This document shows positions 24,441-33,066 of a stretch of DNA of 64,000 nt, piece by piece. The position numbers and the translations under genes were made by a program. The notes beneath the pieces are model-generated. The model was not told the DNA's origin. It did no database searches and was given only the letters and a program-made list of their open reading frames with translations. The stretch spans positions 298,721 to 362,720 of the forward strand of contig RQSC01000011.1 in assembly GCA_013416795.1 (NCBI GenBank), written 5' to 3'. This DNA comes from Prasinococcaceae sp. CCMP 1430 (taxonomy: Eukaryota; Plantae; Prasinodermophyta). Position 1 is the first letter of the stretch, and every line of letters begins with the position of its first letter.

Positions 24441-25625
24441 TTAGGTTACACAGGATCGGGGTTTTAGGTTTATGCACTCTTCGAAAAAGGGTTCGCTGGA
24501 GCTGCACGCGATGGCGAGCTGGTCGAGCTGGATCTGGCGGTGGTGGTCGAAGGGCACTCCGACCTCGTCATGCTCGGCACATTGGTTGGTTGGTTGGCGC
24601 CACGGAGTGCTCATCACGGCGTGGTGCGTGCGGGCGGCGACATCGACAAAACGTGCGCGCGTGCGCGCGCCACCTGCGTCGATGGATGGCGGGTCGGCGC
24701 GTCCGTCTGCAGCGCGCGCGGCTCTTCCGCGCCCCTCTTCTCTTCTCCCCTCTCCCCACCCCACCACCACCACCACCCGCTTGCCTGCCTCTCCCTGCCC
24801 CCCGCCTGCGCACGCGCGTCCCCGCCCCCCCCGTCAGCTCCGCGGTCCGTCCCTCGCCGCCCGGCGCGGGGGGGCGCGCACGCGCTTTTCAAACGCCGGG
24901 CCGGCGGCCGCGGGGGAACGGCTACGCGGAACGGCTACGCTGAATGGGCTGCATGGGGAACGGCGAGCCGCGGTGGGGCGGCGCGCCCAACACCGACCCA
25001 ACAACAGCAGCGCGCGCGCGCTCGGCCGGCGCGCGCCAATCGAAACCCAATCCCTCCGCTCGCGCTTTCAGGTCGTCCAAGTATTAGGGTTCGTCCGTGC
25101 GCTCGATCGATCGCGATCGACCCCCTCTCGCTCCCCCCGACCGACTCCGCGCCCACCCTCCCTCCTCCCTCTTGCTCCATCCATGCATGCCCCCCCTCCC
25201 ACCCCCGCACCCCCCCGCCTGCTCCTGCCTGCCTGCGCCCGCCACCTCGCAACCCCCTCCCGCCCTCTCCTGGCTGACCCCCTCGTCACGCTCACTCATC
25301 GACCCATCCACCCAACGCCCGCGCCCAACAGCGCCAACGCCCGCGCCCGCGGCGCCAGGCGAATCGCCCACTCGCCCAATCGCCCAATCGCCCAATCGCC
25401 GCTTCGCCGCCGCCTCCTCCGCGCGTGTGTCGTTTTGCCCATCCAATTGTGTGGCGCAGATTTGCCGAGGCGGGCGCCACACAGCAGCGGCGCCGTCCAT
25501 CGGCGGCGGCGCGGCCCCGGCCCCGTCCCGGGAGGCGCTCGCGTTCAGATCACCAGGATTCGATCCAGAATTGGCCGCGGGCGAGCGAGCGCGGCGGCCG
25601 CGCGCGCGCGCGCGAGCCGAGAAAA

Positions 25626-25746
25626 NNNNNNNNNNNNNNNNNNNNNNNNNNNNNNNNNNNNNNNNNNNNNNNNNNNNNNNNNNNNNNNNNNNNNNNNNNN
25701 NNNNNNNNNNNNNNNNNNNNNNNNNNNNNNNNNNNNNNNNNNNNNN
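25626..25746. other. Assembly gap (N run)
   Basis: Run of N in sequence. Confidence 1.
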
Positions 25747-25747
25747 C

Positions 25748-27090
25748 CGCTCGGCCGCCGCGCCCACGCGCCGCGTGGCCGCCAAGGCCGCCGAGGGCGC
25801 GGAGCTCCTCCAGCAGATGGGCCTCGGCCCCTGCCTCAAGGGGAAGCGCGCCTTCGTCGCTGGCGTCGCCGATGACCAGGGTTTCGGGTGGGCGGTGCGT
25901 CGCGCGCGCCCCCGCCGCGAGCGCCGCCGCCGCAGCACGGGAGGCTGGCGGGCGGGCCGATGGGCGATGCCCCCCTCTTTCCAACCCCTCACCCCACCCC
26001 CCACCGCGACCCCAGCCCCAGCCCCACGCCCACCCCTCCCCTGGCGTCACTGCCCTTGCTTTCAAGCGCCGCCGCAGCGCCTCGCGGCCGAGCCGATCGC
26101 CCCCCCCCCCTGCGCTTGCTCATGCTGACGCGCGGCGCCCGCTCCCTCTCCGGCGTTTCCCGCGCCTCGCGCCGCGGTCCGCTCCCCCAACCCACCCCTT
26201 CGTCTTTCCCGCGACAGATCTCCAAGGCGCTCGCCGACGCCGGCGCCGAGATCATCCTCGGCACGTGGGTGCCCGCGCTGAACATCTTCGAGACGTCGAT
26301 GCGCCGCGGCAAGTTCGATGAGAACCGCAAGCTGTCCGACGGCTCGATGCTCGAATTCGCCAAGGTGTACGGCCTCGACGCCGTGTACGACACCCCCGAG
26401 GACGTCCCCGAGGACGTCGCCACCAACAAGCGCTACGCCGCAGCCCCCAACTTCACCGTGAGCGAGGTCGCCGAGCAGGTCAAGGAGGACTTCGGCTCCA
26501 TCGACATCGTGGTGCACTCGCTCGCCAACGGCCCGGAGGTGGCCAAGCCGCTCCTCGAGACGTCGCGCGCGGGCTACCTGGCGGCCGTGTCGGCCTCGTC
26601 CTTCTCGATGGTGTCGCTCGTGCAGCGCTTCGGCCCCATCATGAACCCGGGCGGCGCGGTGATCTCGCTCACCTACCTCGCCTCGGAGGCCGTCATCCCG
26701 GGCTACGGCGGCGGCATGAGCAGCGCCAAGGCCGCCCTCGAGAGCGACACCAAGGTCCTCGCCTACGAGGCCGGCCGCAAGTTCGGCGTGCGCGTCAACA
26801 CCATCTCGGCGGGGCCGCTGGGCAGCCGCGCGGCGAGGGCCATCGGCTTCATCGACTCGATGATCGCCTACAGCTACGAGAACGCGCCGCTCAACGAGAA
26901 GCCGCTCTACGCGCAGGAGGTCGGCAACGTGGCGGCCTTCCTGTGTTCGCCGATGGCCAGCGCCGTCACGGGCACGTGCGTCTACGTCGACAACGGGCTG
27001 CACGCCATGGGTCTCGCCGGCGACTCGCAGGCGCTCAACGAGGCCGTCGAGGCCGAGAAGGAGAAGAAGCTCGCCAAGGCGACCAAGTAA
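25748..27090 (+). CDS. ENR1: Plastid enoyl-ACP reductase (FabI/MOD1); 5' end in or before gap; intron 25895-26217
   Basis: [20 protein letters not shown]|ISKALA...[49 protein letters not shown]. Confidence 0.96.
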
Positions 27091-27476
27091 TGTGACTGAA
27101 AGTACTGTACATGAGGGTGGGGGGCAGGGTGCCGGGTCGCAAATGGAGACGGATGTTCTGAAGAAGCTTCTCGCGGCGCGCAGGGGGGGGCAGACGCAGC
27201 AGCCGGGCAGCCGGCCGGCCAGAGCCGCACCACCGACGCCCAGCCACGGAAGTGATGCCCGTGCGCCCTGGGGCGCGCGCACACACACACGCAGCCCGTT
27301 TGGCGGGAGCGCGCCCGCGCCGCCTCAGCGCGGCGCTGTCGTGGCTGCGCTGGGCGAACACACGCACAATTAAGACCGGCGAAGCACGCGAGCAGCGCAG
27401 CCGCGCGACCGCAAGAGGGCAGGCCGGAGCGGCGCGCGCGCGCCCGTGCACGGGCGCGCTGGTGCCTCTGGCCGCC

Positions 27477-27851
27477 TCAGTCCTGCTTGGCCCGCTTGTT
27501 GTCCGAAGCATAGAGAGCGAGCACTGGCGCGCCGGCTGCTCGCCTCGCGGCCGCCCACGCCGCCAGCGGCACGAAGGGCGCGAATGCGATCCACAGACCC
27601 TCGCCCGTGCCCGCCGCGGGAAAAGCTCGCTCGACGGCGTAGCTGACGGCGCACAGGGCGGCGCCGGCCGCCCAGATCCACGACACCACACGCTCATCCA
27701 AGGGCTCGACTGGGATGGCGCCCTCCGGTCCGCCGGCGGCTCTGTCCGGCGGAGGGGCGGGGGTGGTTGCTGCCGCTGCGCTCGCGGCGGTTGCAGTGGT
27801 TACGACCGCACCGCGCTCGCGCCCGCGCTCGCGCGCCTCCTCGGTCGGCAT
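27477..27851 (-). CDS. Small hypothetical protein with two predicted TM segments
   Basis: ATG 27851; VVSWIWAAGAALCAVSYAV and GLWIAFAPFVPLAAWAAA hydrophobic segments; no family recognised. Confidence 0.4.
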   Translation of the reverse strand: MPTEEARERGRERGAVVTTATAASAAAATTPAPPPDRAAGGPEGAIPVEPLDERVVSWIWAAGAALCAVSYAVERAFPAAGTGEGLWIAFAPFVPLAAWAAARRAAGAPVLALYASDNKRAKQD

Positions 27852-27922
27852 CCGCCCGTACCCGCGAACTGTGCCGCACCCCCGCGTCGCGCGGGGCGCG
27901 CGGCGCGCGACCTGCTGCCGCG

Positions 27923-28285
27923 TCAGAAGATGACGGGCTTGTCCTCGTTGCCCTTCTTCCAAAGCCAGGCGTTCTCGAGGCCCGCGCCCTTGCAGCGCGC
28001 GCAACGCAGCTTGCCTCTGCCGCCGCACGCCCCGCAGGTCTCGAGCGGCTTCGCACTGCCCACGACGCCCCCCCCGACCTTGCCCCTGCCCTTGCAGCGC
28101 TCGCACACGGTCGTGGTGGCGCCGTCGCACCGCTTGCACTTGGCGGGCGCGAACGCCTGCTGGAGCTCGGCGCGCGCGGAAGCGGCGGCGACTGCGGCGA
28201 GTGCCGCGGCGAGGGCGGCGTCGGCGATCACCGCCGCCGCGGAGGGCATCTGGGTTTGTGCGCGCGCTTTGGCGCGCGCCCGCAT
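27923..28285 (-). CDS. DnaJ-like zinc-finger protein (four CxxCxGxG-type repeats), probably plastid
   Basis: CKRCDG, CERCKGRG, CGACGGRG, CARCKGAG; no J domain; start may lie in the adjacent gap. Confidence 0.8.
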   Translation of the reverse strand: MRARAKARAQTQMPSAAAVIADAALAAALAAVAAASARAELQQAFAPAKCKRCDGATTTVCERCKGRGKVGGGVVGSAKPLETCGACGGRGKLRCARCKGAGLENAWLWKKGNEDKPVIF

Positions 28286-28292
28286 CGGGGGG

Positions 28293-28470
28293 NNNNNNNN
28301 NNNNNNNNNNNNNNNNNNNNNNNNNNNNNNNNNNNNNNNNNNNNNNNNNNNNNNNNNNNNNNNNNNNNNNNNNNNNNNNNNNNNNNNNNNNNNNNNNNNN
28401 NNNNNNNNNNNNNNNNNNNNNNNNNNNNNNNNNNNNNNNNNNNNNNNNNNNNNNNNNNNNNNNNNNNNNN
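28293..28470. other. Assembly gap (N run) holding the divergent starts of the DnaJ-ZnF and SET genes
   Basis: Run of N in sequence. Confidence 1.
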
Positions 28471-28994
28471 CGGCGTACTTCGCCGGAGTGCGCGCCCGCG
28501 CCGCTGATGGCGGCGCCGCGGCGCGCGCGCTCGTCGACGTGCGCGAGGCCGCGGGCAAGGGCTACGGCGCGTTCGCGCGGCGCGCGATGGCCCGCCACAC
28601 GTACCTGGGCGACTACGCGGGCGAGCTTATTTCCAACGAGGAGCTGCGCGAGCGCACCGCCCGCGGCGCCGGCGACTACGTCGTATGCAGCGGGGACGGC
28701 GCCGCGCTCGACGGGTACGCCGACGCGCAGGACCGGAGCAGGTTCACGCTCGCGCACACCAACCACGCGCCGCGGGGCTCGCGCGAGGCGAACCTCTTCC
28801 GCGTCAAAATGTCCGGCGGGACGGGGGTGGGGATTGCGGAAGGGCGGGGCGATCGGGCCGACGGGGCCGACCGCGAGGACGCCGGCCGCCCGCGCTGGGC
28901 CTTCTTCACCAACAGGGACGTCGCCGCCGGCGAGGAGCTGCAGTGGACGTACTCGGACGGGTACTGGGAGGGGAGGGAGGGGGAGATCGTGTAG
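28471..28994 (+). CDS. Small SET-domain methyltransferase (5' end in gap)
   Basis: GKGYGAFARR..YLGDYAGELI, HTNHA, FTNRDVAAGEELQWTY SET motifs. Confidence 0.85.
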
Positions 28995-29261
28995 TGGAGT
29001 GCTGTTGCGTTGTGTAGCGTTACTTTCTTTCTGGCCAGGTAGCTGGCGAAAGCCGTGCCACTGGCGTCGCTCACCAAGTCCTCGCGAGCGGAGCTGCAGC
29101 GCGGACGAGGGAGCGCGGGGCAGTCGCTTCGTCGTCCTCGTCGCCCCCGCGCCAAGAGCGGAGCGCGGTCGCGAGCGAAGCGCCGTCGCGAGCGAAGCGC
29201 GGTCGCGCCCCCGCTCCCCGGGCGTCGGGCGGCCCTCCGCGAATCGGCGCCAGCGCGCCCG

Positions 29262-30267
29262 TCAGTCCTCCTCATCGTCCTGCTCCCTCTCCCGCGCGAA
29301 TCGCGCGTTCTCCTCGCCGCGCGCGCGCTTGGCGTCCCCCCCCTCGTCGCTGGGGCGCGAGCGCTTCTGCGGTCGCACGGGCTGCTGCTGCTGCTGCGGC
29401 TGCCGCCGCGGGCCGGGTGGCGGCACTCCGCCTCCCCTGAAGCCCGGACTGCCGCCGAAGCCCGGGCTACCGAAGCCTGCCCCTCCCCCGCCCCGCAGCT
29501 CGGCCTCCATGACCTTGCCGTACCCGCCGCGCTCCTGGTCGTACTCCGTGCGGTACTCGTCGCGCATCTGTCCCCCCGACTTGCCGCGGCCGAACTGGCG
29601 GCCATCCTCGAAGCCCCAGTCGAAGTCGGCACGGATCTCGCGCTCGTCGAGCATCGTGCCGTTGAGGTACGCCACCGCGCGCTCCGCGCCCTGGCGCGTC
29701 TTGAAGATCACGAAGCAGAAGCCGCACGGCGTCTTGGTGTTGCGGTCGAGGCCCATCACCACGCGGTCGAGCTCACCCGCCTTGCCAAACACCTCGGCGA
29801 TCTGCTCCTCCTTGGTGAAGAAGGACAGGTTGCCGACGTACAGGCTTTCATCGGTTGGGGAGGGTTGTTGTCCGGCGGTCGGGGGCGGAGGGGGGGGAGG
29901 GGGCGCAGGCGCGTTGGGTGGGGCGCGTCAGCACATCGATGTCCCGGGAGGGGGGGGAGTCGCGCAGAGGGGAGAGAGGAGCGCGCGGAGGGAGGGACGG
30001 AGCGAATGCAGGAGGCGCGCGAGGGGACGGAGCGCGCGAAGGGAGGGAGCGCACGAAGGGAGCGCGCTGGGGATGGCCGCGGCGCGCAGGCGGCCGCGCG
30101 GCAGGCCCGCGCGCCCGCGCCCTGATTCCGAGAACAGCCCCGCGCAGCGCGCGCGCGCACCACGGGCTCTCGGCGATGGCCTTGTCGTACTCGGCCTTGG
30201 TGCCCTTGAACTTCCTGTCCATGTATTCGGACAGCGGCACGAGCGACTTGTAGATTTTGGACGCCAT
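29262..30267 (-). CDS. NCBP2: Nuclear cap-binding protein subunit 2 (CBP20); exons 30267-30161, 29844-29262
   Basis: LSEYMDRKF, spliced [57 protein letters not shown]. Confidence 0.96.
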
Positions 30268-30612
30268 GGCTCGGCCTGGGGGGCGCTAGGGCGAGGACCT
30301 GGTCGCGCGCTGCCGGGGCGCGCGCTGTGTGGGCGCGGCCGGCCCTCTCGCGCGCCACCCAGCTCTGTGCCCCCCCCTCCCGCCGACTTTTTGTTTTGGG
30401 TAATTGTTTGGTATTTCCCTGATACATCACTTTTATTTCTAAATCAAAATCGGAACAGGCACTCTAAGAACTTCTTAGTTAGCAAGGAAAAGGTGTGCGC
30501 GGGAGCCGATGGCAGAGTGGCGGCGATTCGAGTGTGGTGAGCTGTCAGCGCCAGTGCACGCTCGAGCGAGGCGTGGGTTCCGGCCGCCTTTCGGCGGCAT
30601 CTCCCCCCACGT

Positions 30613-32961
30613 TCACTTGGGCGTGCACACGTTCTTCTTGAATGCGCAGAGCTTCTTGGCGTCGCCCTGCTTGCACTCCTTCTTGTTCTTGGCGGCCTTG
30701 CAGAGCTTCTTGATGGCCTTTTTGGAGAGCTCGGACTGGTCGGTCTTCTTCGACTCCTTCTTCTTGTTCTTGTTCTTCTTCTTCTTGCCGGTGGGCTCGT
30801 CGCCCTCCTCGGGAGGAGGCGACGGGGTGCCGGAGAGCTTGTCGGACTTGCCGGCCTTCTTCTTGTTCTTCTTCTTGTCCTTGCCGGTGGGCGACGACGC
30901 GCCTGGCAGAGTGATGTCGAGGGCTGGCGCTGTTGCGTCGTCGAACAGGCCCTCCGCATCTTCGGCGGACTGGGCGGACGTCGAGGACTCGCCGCCCTCG
31001 AACGCGCCCGGCACGTCCGTCTGGCCGTGGTCGTCACGACCCCAGCAGTAGATCGCGCCGTCGTCCCGGGCGACGCCGCACGTGTGAGCCGCTCCGGCGC
31101 TCACGGACGCCCACGCGCCCACGCCGCTCGGCACGTCCAGCTGGCCGTCGGCGTTGTGCCCCCAGCAGTGCATCGAGCCGTCGTCCTGGGCGACGCCGCA
31201 CGTGTGCCAGTCTCCTGCGCTCACTGAGGACCACGCGCCCGCGCCGCTCGGCGCGTCCGCCTCGCCGGCGGCGTTGCTTCCCCAGCAGTGAATCGCGCCG
31301 TCGGCCTGCGCGACGCCGCACGTGTGAAAGTATCCTGCGCTCACCGAGGACCACGCGCCCACCTCGCTCGGCACGTCCGCCTGGCCGTAGGAGCTCCGTC
31401 CCCAGCAGTGCAGCGCGCCGTCGGCCAGCGCGACGCCGCACGTGTGGAAGGTTCCGGCGCTCACGGAGGACCACGCGCTCACAGTGCTGGGCACGTCGCT
31501 CTGGCCGAAGAGGTTCCACCCCCAGCAGCGGAGCGCGCCGTCGGCCCGCGCGACGCCGCACGTGTGGGCCCCTCCGGCGCTCACGGAGGACCACGCGCGG
31601 ACGGCGCTCGGCACGTCCGCCTGGCCCGCGTAGTTGGACCCCCAGCACTGGAGCGCGCCGTCGGCCCGCGCGACGCCGCACGTGTGGGAGAGTCCGGCGC
31701 TCACGGAGGACCACGCGTTGTCGCGCCCCGCATCGTGCGGCACGTGCACGTAGCCGTCGCCCGGGGTCGTCGCGTCGAGCGGCAGCCGCACGCGCTCCGG
31801 CGTGCACACGCTCGCGGGCCGCGAGTGCCTTCGCGACGAGTCGTCCACAGCGAGGGGCGGCGGAGATTGGGGGTTGTTGGGCGGCGGGCTCGATGGCGAG
31901 CTCGAAGGAAGGCTCGGCGGAGGCGGGCTCTCTGGCGGAGCATTAGCCGGGACGGGGCTGGGCGACGGGCTCGACGGCGGGCTGGCCGCCGGCGGAGGAC
32001 TCGTCGGGCTCGCCACGTCAGATGTGCTCGGCACGTCCGTCTGGCCATTTGTGTTTCTCCCCCAGCAGTAGATCGCGCCGTCGGCCACGCCGCACGTGTG
32101 GTGGATTCCGGCGCTCACGGTGGACCACGCGCCCACGCCGCTGGGCACGTCCGTCTGGCCATAGTCGTTGGTGCCCCAGCAGAGCAACGTGCCGTTGGCC
32201 TGCAAGATGCCGCATGTGTGCCACCCTCCGGCGCTCACGGTGGACCACGCGCCCGCGCCGCTCGGCACGTCGGTCTGGTTCCAGACGTCCTGTCCCCAGC
32301 AGCGCAGCGCGCCGTCCGCCAGCGCGATGCCGCACGTGTGGTAGTTTCCGGCGCTCACGGAGGACCAAGCGCTCACGTCGCTCGGCACGTCCGACTGGTT
32401 GTAGTAGCTGTTGGATCCCCAGCATTGCAGCGCGGAGTCCGCCTGCGCGATGCCGCACGTGTGGTCGTATCCGAGGCTCGCGGAGGACCACGCAGTCACG
32501 TCGCTCGGCATGGCGGTCTGGCCCGCGTAGCTCAATCCCCAGCAGTGGAGCGCGCCGTCCGCCCGCGCGATGCCGCACGTGTGAGTCGCTCCGGCGCTCA
32601 CGGAGGACCACGCGCTCACGTTGCTGGGCACGTCCATCTGGCTGTCGACGTCGCGCCCCCAGCAGTGCATAGCGCCGTCGTCCCGCGCGACGCCGCACGT
32701 GTGCGCGTCTCCTGCGCTCACCGAGGACCACGCGCTCACGTTGCTCGGCACGTCCACTAGCGCGCCGAGGTAGTCTTCGTCGTACATCATGGCATTTTCG
32801 GACGGTGCTTCGCCTCCCCAACAGCGCAGCTCGCCGTCGGCGAGCGAGAGGGCGCACGTGGCCCTGTATCCGGCGCTCAGGGAGTACGATTCGCGGTGCG
32901 AGTCGGGAGCGGCGGCCGCACCGCGCGGTGCGAGCAGCGCCACCGCCGCCCATGCCGCGCT
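30613..32961 (-). CDS. Secreted RCC1/BLIP-II-like repeat protein, copy A: two repeat blocks, Ser/Pro linker, Lys-rich 4-Cys tail; no in-frame ATG before the signal-like segment
   Basis: Repeated WSSVSAGxxHTCG...DG.L.CWG.N..GQ.DVP unit; hydrophobic N-terminus AWAAVALLAPRGAAAA; tail LCKAAKNKKECKQGDAKKLCAFKKNVC; in-frame TAG at 32962-32964. Confidence 0.85.
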   Translation of the reverse strand, partial: SAAWAAVALLAPRGAAAAPDSHRESYSLSAGYRATCALSLADGELRCWGGEAPSENAMMYDEDYLGALVDVPSNVSAWSSVSAGDAHTCGVARDDGAMHCWGRDVDSQMDVPSNVSAWSSVSAGATHTCGIARADGALHCWGLSYAGQTAMPSDVTAWSSASLGYDHTCGIAQADSALQCWGSNSYYNQSDVPSDVSAWSSVSAGNYHTCGIALADGALRCWGQDVWNQTDVPSGAGAWSTVSAGGWHTCGILQANGTLLCWGTNDYGQTDVPSGVGAWSTVSAGIHHTCGVADGAIYCWGRNTNGQTDVPSTSDVASPTSPPPAASPPSSPSPSPVPANAPPESPPPPSLPSSSPSSPPPNNPQSPPPLAVDDSSRRHSRPASVCTPERVRLPLDATTPGDGYVHVPHDAGRDNAWSSVSAGLSHTCGVARADGALQCWGSNYAGQADVPSAVRAWSSVSAGGAHTCGVARADGALRCWGWNLFGQSDVPSTVSAWSSVSAGTFHTCGVALADGALHCWGRSSYGQADVPSEVGAWSSVSAGYFHTCGVAQADGAIHCWGSNAAGEADAPSGAGAWSSVSAGDWHTCGVAQDDGSMHCWGHNADGQLDVPSGVGAWASVSAGAAHTCGVARDDGAIYCWGRDDHGQTDVPGAFEGGESSTSAQSAEDAEGLFDDATAPALDITLPGASSPTGKDKKKNKKKAGKSDKLSGTPSPPPEEGDEPTGKKKKNKNKKKESKKTDQSELSKKAIKKLCKAAKNKKECKQGDAKKLCAFKKNVCTPK
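31761..31830. other. Complemented-but-not-reversed block 1 (may extend to ~31839)
   Basis: Base-by-base complement equals 60775-60844 of paralog B at 70/70 positions (hand alignment); restores SVSAGRSHTCGLAHADGELRCWG in place of RHSRPASVCTPERVRLPLDATTP. Confidence 0.97.
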
Positions 32962-33066
32962 CTATTTCACCGTCAGAGCAATCAGCCAGGTACGCGCGCG
33001 GGGGCGCGTGCAGGGGCGCGCGCGGAGGGCGGGGCCGCCCTTCGCCGCCCTTCTCCGACGGCCGCG

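Noticed and set aside
25372-25400. Tandem TCGCCCAA(T) repeats as CCAAT boxes for ENR
   Set aside because: Short microsatellite-like run; the ENR start and TSS are unknown because of the adjacent gap, so a regulatory role is unsupported.
31761-31830. Interpreting the mirror blocks as ordinary micro-inversions or hairpin template switches
   Set aside because: An inversion gives the reverse complement; here base order is preserved and only complemented.
30960-32900. RCC1 and FG-GAP tandem arrays as transposon or satellite DNA
   Set aside because: Repeats keep the reading frame and protein consensus; they are coding repeats.
32953-32992. Possible fourth mirror block: the + strand read backwards from 32992 gives ATG GAC CGA CTA... 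(MDRLTRLPLYLA), resembling the missing signal start of RCC1 copy A
   Set aside because: It is out of frame with the gene, and the in-frame mirrored reading hits TAA at 32982-32980. Treated as coincidence.
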